Source: Candidatus Bathyanammoxibius amoris (GTDB lineage Bacteria > Planctomycetota > Brocadiia > Brocadiales > Bathyanammoxibiaceae). Taken from it: DNA of 64,000 bases. Positions 1 to 9,053 of this stretch are shown piece by piece; the stretch's first letter is position 1, and each line of letters starts with the position of its first letter. The position numbers and the translations under genes were made by a program. The stretch spans positions 78,616 to 142,615 of the forward strand of contig JAMXCW010000005.1 of assembly GCA_024451685.1 (NCBI GenBank). Direction: 5' to 3'. A model generated the notes under the pieces. It was not told where the DNA came from. It made no database searches and saw only the letters and a list, made by a program, of their open reading frames with translations.

Positions 1-99
1 GTAGTTGGGTGTGCTGATACAGGCCCGTATTACGCTACCGGCTCGACCTCCCAATTCTCGTTGTCCCACGCGTGTCTTGTCGTACCATGCTTTACGTCG

Positions 100-1140
100 T
101 TATTTCGTTGATTTTACCAGTTGATCAATGTTGCTGCTGGTCAATGACTTCATAAACTCTACGAGCGCCTTCTTTTCCTCTTCGGTCAGATTTAGGGGTC
201 TTATCTCTCCTGAAAGAAAGGGGTTAGGGTTCCCTCCCCTGTCGTAGAATTCTACCACGTCTTCCAGCGTCTGCTCGCTGCCGTCATGCATGTACGGTGC
301 GGTAAGAGCGATGTCCCGAAGGGTGGGCGTCTTGAAGGCCCCCTTGTCCTTTTCCTCCTTTGTCACGTCATATCTTCCCAGGTCGGGGTCAGGTTTGTCC
401 ATACCGACGCCAAGATTATGGAACTTGTTGTCGGTGAAGAGGGCGTAGCTCCCCACAAACTCGTGGCACGTTATGCAGCGGCCCTTTTCTTCAAATACTA
501 CAAGCCCTTTTTTTTCCTCATCGCTGAGGGCATTCTCGTCGCCCGCGTACATGAACTGGTCAAACGGCGAGTTTCCGGAGAGAAGCGTCCTCTCGAACGA
601 GGCTATGGCCCGGGCTATGTTGTCTATAGTAATCTCTTCACCGAAGGCGTCCTGGAATGCCTGTTGGTACTCCTTTATGTCCCTCAGTTTCTCGACAACC
701 GCATCGTGCGATGGCATCCCCATCTCGACCGGGTTTATCAGGGGTCCCTTCACCTGTTCCTCAAGCGATGGCGCACGGCCGTCCCAGAACTGTAGGTCAT
801 AGTTGGCCGCGTTCAGCGTGGTGGGCGCGCTCCTGACGCCCTTCTGTCCGTCTATGCCGGTGGACACAGGCGCTGCGTCAGCAAAGCCCTTTTCAGGGTC
901 ATGGCACGTGGCACAGCTTATTGTGTCGTTGGCGGAAAGGCGCTTGTCAAAATACAGCTTCTTGCCCAGGGCTACCTTTTCAGGCGTGACGGGGTTGTCC
1001 TCGGGGACGATGGGTTCGGGTACTCCAAGCGGAGGTCCGTTCTCCTCCGCTGTTACGGGACGGAAAGCTACATGGACGGAGACGATAAAAAGGATGAAAA
1101 ACAGGGCCCTCACGTACATTAACACAGCCCTCCTCTCCAT
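100..1140 (-). CDS. di-haem cytochrome c peroxidase (CCP/MauG family), copy 1
   Basis: 346-aa ORF with a hydrophobic signal-like N-terminus. Two haem-c motifs (CATCH, CITCH). Conserved FWDGRA and PYMHDGS blocks typical of bacterial di-haem peroxidases. Confidence 0.9.
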   Translation of the reverse strand: MERRAVLMYVRALFFILFIVSVHVAFRPVTAEENGPPLGVPEPIVPEDNPVTPEKVALGKKLYFDKRLSANDTISCATCHDPEKGFADAAPVSTGIDGQKGVRSAPTTLNAANYDLQFWDGRAPSLEEQVKGPLINPVEMGMPSHDAVVEKLRDIKEYQQAFQDAFGEEITIDNIARAIASFERTLLSGNSPFDQFMYAGDENALSDEEKKGLVVFEEKGRCITCHEFVGSYALFTDNKFHNLGVGMDKPDPDLGRYDVTKEEKDKGAFKTPTLRDIALTAPYMHDGSEQTLEDVVEFYDRGGNPNPFLSGEIRPLNLTEEEKKALVEFMKSLTSSNIDQLVKSTK

Positions 1141-1194
1141 ACTTTCACTTTCCTAAAGCCAGCGCAAAGGTAAATAATAAATCAAGTTGCAACG

Positions 1195-2346
1195 CTACCT
1201 GTGCTTCCCGCAGACCCCGGGCATGTCTCTTGATGTAAGTGATTTCATGAACTCAACAAGTGCAACTTCCTCGGTGTAAGTCAGGTTGAGTGGCGTTATT
1301 GCCCCGTCGAGGTTTGGGTTGCGGTTACCGCCTCTGTCGTAGAACTCAACCACCTCTTCCAGGGTGTGCTCGCTGCCGTCGTGCATATACGGGGCGGTGA
1401 GGGCGATGTTTCGCAAGCTGGGCGTCTTGAACGCACCCTTGTCCTTTTCCTTGCCTGTTACGAGATAGCGTCCCAGGTCCGGGTTTTTGCTGTTAATACC
1501 CACGCCCAGGTTGTGAAAGTTGTTATCGCTGAAGAGGGCGTAACTGGCGGTGAACGGGTGACACGTGATACAGCGGCCCTTGCCCGCAAATACTTCCATC
1601 CCGAGCTTTGCCAGTTCACTTATAGCGTTATCCTCTCCACCGTAACGGAACCGGTCAAACGGGGAGTTGCCGGAAAGGAGCGTCCTCTCGTAGGCCGCTA
1701 TCGCCTTAACGACATTATCGATGGTTATTTCACCGCCAAAAACCTTTTGGAAGTGTTTTCGGTATTCATCGATGCCTTTCAGTTTCTCTACCAGGAAGTC
1801 GTGAGAGGGCATCCCCATCTCTATCGGGTTGGTAGGAGGGCCCTTTGCCTGTTCTTCGAGTGTAGGGGCCCGCCCGTCCCAGAACTGCGTGTCCATATAA
1901 GCGGCGTTGACGCTCGGCGGTGCGCTTCGTCCGCCCTTTTGCCCGTTTATGCCGGTGGATACCGCCCCGGCGTCTGTGCCGGAGAGCATCAGGTCATGAC
2001 ACGTCGCACAGCTTACCGTGTCGTCGAATGACAGGCGTGTGTCGAAGTAGAGCTTCTTGCCCAGGACGACCTTTCCACAACTCATCGGGTTATCTGCGGG
2101 TATATCCAGGTCGGGGAGGCCCAGAGGGGCCTTTAGTTTTTGACGGCCACCTTCTTCTATTAGCCGGCATTCCTTCTTTTTGGCGCAGCACCCTTTTTGC
2201 TTAACGTCTTTAGAGCAGCAATCCCTGCCCAGCGAAAGCACCATCGGCTTGTCGTAGATTTCCGATAATGACTTTGCAAAGGAGGAATCTATGTTAAAGA
2301 CAAGCAGTAACGTCAAAAACAATGATAGTACGTAAATATGCATCAT
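1195..2346 (-). CDS. di-haem cytochrome c peroxidase (CCP/MauG family), copy 2, with Cys-rich N-terminal extension
   Basis: 383-aa ORF that aligns by eye along the whole catalytic region with copy 1 (same CATCH, CITCH, FWDGRAP, PYMHDGSE and FMKSLTS blocks). It has a signal-like N-terminus and an extra segment DCCSKDVKQKGCCAKKKEC. Confidence 0.9.
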   Translation of the reverse strand: MMHIYVLSLFLTLLLVFNIDSSFAKSLSEIYDKPMVLSLGRDCCSKDVKQKGCCAKKKECRLIEEGGRQKLKAPLGLPDLDIPADNPMSCGKVVLGKKLYFDTRLSFDDTVSCATCHDLMLSGTDAGAVSTGINGQKGGRSAPPSVNAAYMDTQFWDGRAPTLEEQAKGPPTNPIEMGMPSHDFLVEKLKGIDEYRKHFQKVFGGEITIDNVVKAIAAYERTLLSGNSPFDRFRYGGEDNAISELAKLGMEVFAGKGRCITCHPFTASYALFSDNNFHNLGVGINSKNPDLGRYLVTGKEKDKGAFKTPSLRNIALTAPYMHDGSEHTLEEVVEFYDRGGNRNPNLDGAITPLNLTYTEEVALVEFMKSLTSRDMPGVCGKHR

Positions 2347-2357
2347 GCAACCTCCCC

Positions 2358-2885
2358 CTATGCCTTACCGAGAGTTTTTTGCCCGGGTTCCCAATGTACG
2401 GGGCACAGTTCCCCACTCTGCAGCGCCTGGAGGACACGCAGGGTCTCCTGCACGTTCCTTCCCACACTGAGGTCAGACACTACTGAGTAGCGCAGCATCC
2501 CCTCAGAATCTATGATAAACGTGCCGCGGAGTGCGATACCCTTGTCCGGGAGCAATACACCGTAGGCACTGCTCAGCCGGTGCGAGGTGTCGGCGATGAC
2601 GGGATATGTTACGCCCTTAAGCCGGCTGTCAGTCTCATACCAGTTCTTGTGTGAAAACTCGCTGTCCGTGCTTGCGGCCAGAACGACGGCGTTCAGCTTC
2701 TTGAAATCCTTTTCCATCTGCGCGAATCTTTCTATCTCCGTGGGGCATACAAAGGTAAAGTCCAGCGGATAGAAGAAGAGCACGGTCCACTTGCCTTTGT
2801 AATCACTGAGCTTAACCGTTTTGAAATCACCGTTTACGTAGGCGGTCTCTTCAAAGGCGGGGGCCCTCTGTCCAACCTTTATCAT
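2358..2885 (-). CDS. typical 2-Cys peroxiredoxin (AhpC/Prx1 family)
   Basis: Peroxidatic Cys motif FTFVCPTE and resolving Cys in ELCPVHWEPG. The ATG at 2885 is preceded by a GGAGGG Shine-Dalgarno; the longest ORF extends to a GTG at 2903. Confidence 0.9.
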   Translation of the reverse strand: MIKVGQRAPAFEETAYVNGDFKTVKLSDYKGKWTVLFFYPLDFTFVCPTEIERFAQMEKDFKKLNAVVLAASTDSEFSHKNWYETDSRLKGVTYPVIADTSHRLSSAYGVLLPDKGIALRGTFIIDSEGMLRYSVVSDLSVGRNVQETLRVLQALQSGELCPVHWEPGQKTLGKA

Positions 2886-2937
2886 GTCAAAACCCTCCTT
2901 CACAGTCTAGATTTAGTTGATGAAAAATCTATTCTGA

Positions 2938-2949
2938 ACAGTATACTGT
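2938..2949. promoter_or_regulatory. perfect 12-bp palindrome ACAGTATACTGT nested in CTGAAC-N19-GTTCAG, candidate operator
   Basis: Read directly from the sequence. It lies in the 200-bp divergent region between the peroxiredoxin (minus) and the ChaN-PDZ gene (plus). No regulator is assigned. Confidence 0.25.
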
Positions 2950-3086
2950 CTTACTCTGGTTCAGCGCGAGCATTTCCTAAAGTAAACTCTATCGCAGTAA
3001 AAAGCAACCACGATTATGCTGCCGTTAAGTCGAATGGCGCCTGTTTATTTGTTAACGACGCATGGAAAGAAAGGGACACGAACATC

Positions 3087-4304
3087 ATGCCTTCACACAA
3101 GCCTTGGCCGTTCTTGGGCTTACTGTTATCCTGGGGGTTAGTGTTTACCGCGCTTGTGGAGGTTGCGGGTGAGGAGGGGATGAGGGAGTTCCCGTCCGAG
3201 CTTGCCGTCGGCGATATAATTCACGTTGCATCGGGTGAGAAGATTAACTTCCCGGAGCTTGCTGACTTTCTTGACGGCGTGCGGGTCGTGTACGTGGGAG
3301 AGGTGCATACAAACGCCGAGTCCCACGAGTTCCAGTTGGAGCTGCTTAAGGAGGCTTATAAAAGATACGGTAACAATATAGCAATCGGTATGGAGATGTT
3401 CAAGAGGCCGTACCAGGGCGTCCTCGACAGGTGGACCAGGGGTGAAATAAGCGAACAGGAACTGCTACGCGACACACACTGGAAGCAGGAGTGGGGCTAT
3501 GATTACAGTCTGTATAAAGACATTATGGATTTCGCGCGTGAGAAAAAGGTCCCCGTTATTGCGCTTAACGTCAGGAAGGAACTGCAGAAAAAGGTGAGCA
3601 GGAAAGGTCTCAGCGGCCTGAGCAACGCGGAGAGCGTTGAGTTGCCCAGTATTGATACTACAGACCCTTACCACAGACTCTATCTGCAGAAGATCTTCAG
3701 GGGACATACCGACATGAGCGGTGATTTTGAGAAATTTTATGAGGTGCAGTGTGTGTGGGAAGACGTGATGGCTGACAGCATATCAAAATATCTTTCCTCC
3801 CCGGAGGGTAAGGACAAGAAGAAGTTCCTGGCGTTCATGGGCGACAGCCATATTATTTACCATTTTGGCGTACCCAAAAGGGTTTTCCGTCGCACGCACC
3901 TGCCTTATTATACAGTCTATGCGTATCAGTTGATGGATACAGAGCCGGACGAAGAGCACAGTCTGTTCCAAAGTGACATACCCCTGCAGCCGGCGGATTT
4001 TATAAGGGTTATCCATCCGTCCGAGCGGAAAGAAAAGAGGGCGGTCATGGGAGTGATGATTCGTGACATCGGTAAGGACAAGGTCGTAATTCAAGACGTG
4101 CTTAAAGGCAGCCCTGCGGAGGCTGCTGGTTTGCAGGTCGGGGACATTGTCCTGTCCATGGACGGGCAGCGTGTTGGAGAGATACAGGAGATGATTCTCC
4201 TTCTCCGGCAGAAGAAGCTGGGAGAAACGAGCAGGCTTGAGATATCGCGTGAGGGTAAAAGTATGACGGTGAACGTCTCCTTCTTTGAGATAAAAAAGGA
4301 GTGA
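3087..4304 (+). CDS. ChaN/Tiki-like (DUF399) haem-binding-type domain protein with C-terminal PDZ domain, secreted
   Basis: Signal-like N-terminus. The VVYVGEVHTNAESHEFQ block is typical of ChaN-like domains (recognised from memory). C-terminal PDZ-like GSPAEAAGLQVGDIVLSMDG. Confidence 0.6.
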   Translation: MPSHKPWPFLGLLLSWGLVFTALVEVAGEEGMREFPSELAVGDIIHVASGEKINFPELADFLDGVRVVYVGEVHTNAESHEFQLELLKEAYKRYGNNIAIGMEMFKRPYQGVLDRWTRGEISEQELLRDTHWKQEWGYDYSLYKDIMDFAREKKVPVIALNVRKELQKKVSRKGLSGLSNAESVELPSIDTTDPYHRLYLQKIFRGHTDMSGDFEKFYEVQCVWEDVMADSISKYLSSPEGKDKKKFLAFMGDSHIIYHFGVPKRVFRRTHLPYYTVYAYQLMDTEPDEEHSLFQSDIPLQPADFIRVIHPSERKEKRAVMGVMIRDIGKDKVVIQDVLKGSPAEAAGLQVGDIVLSMDGQRVGEIQEMILLLRQKKLGETSRLEISREGKSMTVNVSFFEIKKE

Positions 4305-4305
4305 A

Positions 4306-5514
4306 ATGACTGTTAAACAGGGCCATAGTGCATTTATGGACTTTATATGTGACGAGTTAAGGTTGCTGGAGGAGACCGGTCTCTACAGGACGCCAGTGGT
4401 GATAGAAGGCGTCCAGGGCCCGCACGTGACCGTCGGTGGCAACAGGTACCTCTCTTTTTGTTCCAATAATTACCTGGGCCTGGCCGACCACCCCCGGATA
4501 AAGGAGGCGGCAATGGAGGCCATTTCCAGCTACGGCTGGGGCGCGCGGGCGTCCAGATTGATGTCAGGTACCAGCATATTACACGAGAGGCTTGAGACTG
4601 AGATTGCGCGTTTCAAGTGCACGGAGGCGGCCCTGGTGTTCCCCACAGGATATATGGCCAACCTCGGCGCCATCTGTTCCCTGGCGGGCAGGGGTGATTT
4701 GATAATCTGTGACAGGTTCAACCATGCCAGCATAATAGACGCCTCCAGGCAGTCGGGGGCGGACCTGAGAGTTTATGCCCATAATGACGTAGAGGCCCTT
4801 GAGAGGATTTTGACGCGGGCTTCGCATAATTATGAAAAGATACTCATCGTCACGGACGGAGTCTTTAGTGTGGATGGCGATATAGCGCCCATTCCGGAGA
4901 TAGTGTCTGTTGCCGGGAGGTTCGCCCATCAGGTGATGACTATGGTGGACGACGCCCACGGTACCGGTGTGTTCGGCAGGAGAGGCGGAGGCCTCTTGGA
5001 GCATTTCGGACGAAAAGGCGGTGTGGATATACAGATGGGCACACTGAGCAAGGCCTTGGGGGGCACGGGTGGTTTTGTGGCAGGGAGCAGAGAATTGATA
5101 GAGTTTTTGAAGAACAAGTCCAGGTCGTTTATATTTACCACGGCCATTCCCCCCGCCGCCTGTGCGGCAGGGCTTGAGGCGCTTAGGCTGATTGGCGGAG
5201 ATGAAGGTATTGAGCGGCGCGAGCGATTGTGGGAAGGCTGCCGCCATTTGGAAAAGGGGCTGAACGCAATTGGTTTCCGCACAACCGTACAGTCCCCCAT
5301 TGTTCCCGTTATCCTGGGTGAACCGCAGAGGGCGCTGGACGCCGCAAAGATTCTGTTTGAAAAAAATTTGTTAGTGCCTGCCGTTCGTCCGCCCACCGTA
5401 CCCCGGGGTACGAGCAGGTTGAGGATATCGCTTACTTCTGACCATGCTGTTGAACACCTGGACCTACTACTGGATGGGCTGGCGCTCGTTAAGCGGTTAG
5501 GTACCGAAGATTAA
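4306..5514 (+). CDS. bioF: 8-amino-7-oxononanoate synthase-like alpha-oxoamine synthase (BioF/Kbl family)
   Basis: NNYLGL, DDAHGTGV and GTLSKALG (PLP lysine) blocks in a 402-aa ORF. The start lies 2 nt after the upstream stop. The substrate cannot be fixed from sequence alone. Confidence 0.7.
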   Translation: MTVKQGHSAFMDFICDELRLLEETGLYRTPVVIEGVQGPHVTVGGNRYLSFCSNNYLGLADHPRIKEAAMEAISSYGWGARASRLMSGTSILHERLETEIARFKCTEAALVFPTGYMANLGAICSLAGRGDLIICDRFNHASIIDASRQSGADLRVYAHNDVEALERILTRASHNYEKILIVTDGVFSVDGDIAPIPEIVSVAGRFAHQVMTMVDDAHGTGVFGRRGGGLLEHFGRKGGVDIQMGTLSKALGGTGGFVAGSRELIEFLKNKSRSFIFTTAIPPAACAAGLEALRLIGGDEGIERRERLWEGCRHLEKGLNAIGFRTTVQSPIVPVILGEPQRALDAAKILFEKNLLVPAVRPPTVPRGTSRLRISLTSDHAVEHLDLLLDGLALVKRLGTED

Positions 5515-5548
5515 AATACTAAAACTGTCTCAAGAGGAAAAAGGCTGT

Positions 5549-6856
5549 ATGAATCTGGTAAACCGGGCGTATGCGTGCTTCTTAGCCTTTACAATAGTAT
5601 TGTGTACAGCCGTGCCTGTGTGGTCTGTCGAGCTTACAGATAAAGAGGTTGCGGAGTTTCAAGGAGTTTTGGAGAAGAGAAGGGCCGAGCCGAAGGTCAG
5701 AGTGGGAGCACAGCCGGAACACGTACCCTCTGACATTATAAAGTTTTTTAAGCCTTTTGAGGGTATAAAGTATGGCGGATATATTGAGAACTACTACCAA
5801 TATGAGAGTGTTGATCCGGGTTCAGGTGATCAAAACGCCCTTCCGCCGCTTGGTTTTCACAGGCAGGCCAACTCCTTTACAGTAAACAACATAGAGCTGT
5901 GGCTCTACAAGAATGCAAACAATCCGGGTGACATCGGGTTCAAGATAACCCTCAACTGGGGTGATCTCGCGCGGTACATAACACCTTTCGGGCCTGTGCG
6001 TGATGACAAGACCGCTCAGCCTAACCCGCCTGGTACTCCAACCGGCGGCAGGCAGACCACCTTTAGTGAAGGTTATGCCCTTTGGAACATTCCCGTTGGT
6101 AAGGGGCTTACCGCCAAGTTCGGCAAATTCGCAAGCTGGATAGGCTATGAGGACTGGGAGTCTATATTCAATCCCAATGTCACCACATCCTACATAAACA
6201 ATGCCGCCACGCCCAACACCAACACCGGGCTTGGCCTCAGCTACCCCTTCACGGACCGGTTCACTCTGGATTTCTATTTTACCAATACGTTTGACACGTT
6301 CGTCAACAATAACAAGAGCTTTATGTATGGTCTCCAGTTTGACTACGACCCGCCCGACTTCTGGTTCTTTAAGAATGCCAATATAAACTTGGATACCATT
6401 TGGGGCCCGTCTGAGGCGAGTAATAATTCCGACTGGTATCAGATTTACAACCTGGCGATAACGTTCTTCCCGTATCATAAGCTGGCGTGGGTTACAAATG
6501 CCAACCTGAACCATAGCAGTGCGAAGTTAAGACGGCCGTCCGGCCGGATGAAGGACGACAACAGCGTCTGGGGTGTGGCCCAGTACTTTATATACGACCA
6601 CACAGACTGGCTTGGTTTTGCTGTAAGGGGTGAGTACTTCTGGGACCAGGAGAACCTGCAGGACCTTAGCGGCGGCACGGGGGCGTCGTTGGCCGAGGTC
6701 ACGTTCACGCTGAACCTGAAGCTGCGGGAGAAGCTCATGATAAGGCCGGAGATACGCTATGATAAGATCATCAGCATGCCTGGCGGGACGGCCCACGTAT
6801 GGAATGGTGACAACAATAATGTCAACGGTATAGTGAGCGTGTCCTACGAGTTCTAG
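5549..6856 (+). CDS. outer-membrane beta-barrel porin (OmpL-like/bbp2-type, tentative)
   Basis: Signal peptide, many short alternating aromatic/polar segments, and a C-terminal ...VSVSYEF ending in Phe as in OMPs. The family name is from memory only. Confidence 0.6.
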   Translation: MNLVNRAYACFLAFTIVLCTAVPVWSVELTDKEVAEFQGVLEKRRAEPKVRVGAQPEHVPSDIIKFFKPFEGIKYGGYIENYYQYESVDPGSGDQNALPPLGFHRQANSFTVNNIELWLYKNANNPGDIGFKITLNWGDLARYITPFGPVRDDKTAQPNPPGTPTGGRQTTFSEGYALWNIPVGKGLTAKFGKFASWIGYEDWESIFNPNVTTSYINNAATPNTNTGLGLSYPFTDRFTLDFYFTNTFDTFVNNNKSFMYGLQFDYDPPDFWFFKNANINLDTIWGPSEASNNSDWYQIYNLAITFFPYHKLAWVTNANLNHSSAKLRRPSGRMKDDNSVWGVAQYFIYDHTDWLGFAVRGEYFWDQENLQDLSGGTGASLAEVTFTLNLKLREKLMIRPEIRYDKIISMPGGTAHVWNGDNNNVNGIVSVSYEF

Positions 6857-6915
6857 CGTAACATGGGTCCTTGCAGGGATGTTTTCCGGGGCTAATCCGG
6901 TATAAAAGATTCGCT

Positions 6916-7776
6916 CTACCGGATGTTGACAGTGGCCATGATACGGGTATAATCTCGCACATCCCCGGGCAGGAAGGTTTTTCTTCTTTTGCTCAGGCGG
7001 ATAACGTTTACGTTCTTTGGCATGGTGAAGCGGAATATTTTGGGGTTAAGCTCTTCGTTAATACTTATATTCTTGAGCCTGAGGGTGAGCTTTGTCTCTC
7101 CTCTCGGCCAGTAGACATCTATGGTTCGAGGCACGTCGCATCCGTCTACGTCCTCGAAATCGTCAAACCGCGCCCTCATTCTGAGGCTGCCGTCGGGGTT
7201 ATAAATGTCGTAGTTCGTTACGTTCAGGTTGTATCTGTCTACCGTGAGTTCATATCGGACTAATGCTTGCGAGTCTATCAGGCTGATGTGCCAGTATTTC
7301 GGGAGTACCTCAAACGATCTGACTGTAGCGTTTGGGGTGATATTTTCAAGTTCCAGGATGCCGGCAATCTCATTGGGCGAGAATTTTAGGCCCATATAGG
7401 TTATGTCCTGGTTGGACAGGCCTCTGTATAGTTTCTTTTCCTTGGGTACGTAGAGCCAGAACTCATGGCCATCCGACAGGATGTTGAATACAGTCTGAAA
7501 AAGTTTGGAAACGATTATCCTGAGACGTTTAGGTCTCTCCAGCCTTATGTAGGCCGTGCATGAGAGGGGCTCTTTGAGCTCCCGGGACATAAAGGTTACC
7601 TTTGCCTTGGCCTTAAGGGTGGAGATTTTTCTGGAATTTGACGCCACCGTCTCTCTTACCTCTTTGACGGTAAGCACCTTGGGAGGGCCTAGAGCGATGT
7701 GTTCCATGGCGGCGCAGCCGGCCAGCAGTGTTGCCAGCGTTATTAAGAAAGGAGAGATTGGCGAGCTATGTCTCAA
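6916..7776 (-). CDS. lipoprotein, LolB/DUF4292-like (tentative)
   Basis: Lipobox LLAGC at residues 17-21 followed by a mature domain of about 265 aa. The family resemblance is weak and from memory. Confidence 0.45.
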   Translation of the reverse strand: MRHSSPISPFLITLATLLAGCAAMEHIALGPPKVLTVKEVRETVASNSRKISTLKAKAKVTFMSRELKEPLSCTAYIRLERPKRLRIIVSKLFQTVFNILSDGHEFWLYVPKEKKLYRGLSNQDITYMGLKFSPNEIAGILELENITPNATVRSFEVLPKYWHISLIDSQALVRYELTVDRYNLNVTNYDIYNPDGSLRMRARFDDFEDVDGCDVPRTIDVYWPRGETKLTLRLKNISINEELNPKIFRFTMPKNVNVIRLSKRRKTFLPGDVRDYTRIMATVNIR

Positions 7777-7806
7777 ACGCTAGAACCCCTTATAAAGCAA
7801 AGCCGC

Positions 7807-8940
7807 ATGTATGCTGTTCCGTACCTGTACCTGTATATAGGTCTGTTTATTATTCACGTCAGCGTATGCGTCAGCCCCGGCCTCTGCTATGCGCAGGCCG
7901 CCGCATCTGGCTGGCCGATGTACCGGCTCGACGCCAGAAATACCGCTCAGAGCCAGTTCCCGGGCTCCCAAACAGGTAAACTCAAGTGGAGCTTCAAGAC
8001 CGGCGGCCCCATAACCAGCTCCCCGTCCATCGGGCCTGATGGCACCGTTTACGTAGGCTCCAAGGACGGCAAGCTATACGCCGTCAGCCCTGGCGGCGAA
8101 CTCAAGTGGACCTTTACCACTGGCGATGAGGTTGAGTCCTCACCCGCGATAGCTCAGGACGGCACCATCTATTTCGGCTCCTGGGACAACAACCTGTACG
8201 CGCTGAACCCCGACGGTACCAAAAAGTGGGCGACCTCGCTGGGTGCGGGTGTCCCGTCTTCACCCACGATCGGCGAACATGGCAACATATATATAGGCTC
8301 GTGGGATTGCAGGGTATATTCCTTAGACGCAAATGGCCAGATATGGTGGACCCTGCGCACACTGGACCACATCCTGTCAACACCTTCTGTCGCCCCTGAC
8401 GGCACCATCTACTGCTGTTCCCAGGATGACAGTCTGTATGCCATGGAACCCGACGGCACGGGTAAATGGCGCTTCAGGACGCAGTACATTATAAATTCAT
8501 CACCTGTCGTTGGCAAGGACGGAACAATCTACTTCACCTCTGAGGACGGGGCCCTTTATTCAGTCATGCCTGACGGTAACATGAAGTGGATATTTCAGAC
8601 GGACCTGGACATCGACTCCTCCCCGGCGCTGGGTGATAACGGCATAATATACTTCGGTTCAGGGGAGAGGATGCTGTATGCCGTTGATATAGACGGCAAG
8701 GAGAAGTGGAAATACGACATAGGCGCCACCATCATCTCATCTCCTACGTTGGGCAAGGACGGTACGGTGTACGTAGGGGCTGCGGACAGTGTCTTCTATG
8801 CGATTGCCCCGGAGGGCGACCGCATTAAGTGGAGTTATAAGACGGGGGGGTCGTTTGATTTTTCGTCCGCGGCGATAGCCGAAGACGGTACCATATATGT
8901 TGGCTCCACCGACGGCGCGCTGTATGCGTTTGGTGATTGA
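7807..8940 (+). CDS. PQQ-like (BamB-like) eight-bladed beta-propeller repeat protein, secreted
   Basis: Eight repeats of the form DGT(I/V)Y(V/F)GS.D..LYA. Signal peptide after the ATG at 7807; the longest ORF starts at 7768 and would overlap the divergent lipoprotein gene. Confidence 0.8.
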   Translation: MYAVPYLYLYIGLFIIHVSVCVSPGLCYAQAAASGWPMYRLDARNTAQSQFPGSQTGKLKWSFKTGGPITSSPSIGPDGTVYVGSKDGKLYAVSPGGELKWTFTTGDEVESSPAIAQDGTIYFGSWDNNLYALNPDGTKKWATSLGAGVPSSPTIGEHGNIYIGSWDCRVYSLDANGQIWWTLRTLDHILSTPSVAPDGTIYCCSQDDSLYAMEPDGTGKWRFRTQYIINSSPVVGKDGTIYFTSEDGALYSVMPDGNMKWIFQTDLDIDSSPALGDNGIIYFGSGERMLYAVDIDGKEKWKYDIGATIISSPTLGKDGTVYVGAADSVFYAIAPEGDRIKWSYKTGGSFDFSSAAIAEDGTIYVGSTDGALYAFGD

Positions 8941-8968
8941 GCCAGGCGGTATATCCTACTACACAGGA

Positions 8969-8996
8969 GGTTGCTTCGCTTCGCTCGCAATGACAG
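8969..8996. repeat. solo half-copy of the cattgcgagcgaagcgaagcaa palindromic element family
   Basis: ggttgcttcgcttcgctcgcaatgaca matches one arm of the complete hairpin element at 27503-27578. It lies between convergent genes. Confidence 0.7.
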
Positions 8997-9024
8997 GTGG
9001 AGCGGTAAGTGTTCAGTGATGCAG

Positions 9025-9042
9025 GGTGCGTCTTGGCGCACC
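9025..9042. terminator. hairpin ggtgcg-tcttgg-cgcacc between convergent genes, possible bidirectional terminator
   Basis: 6-bp GC-rich stem read from the sequence, with only a weak T-tract after it. Confidence 0.3.
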
Positions 9043-9053
9043 GGATGTTTCTC

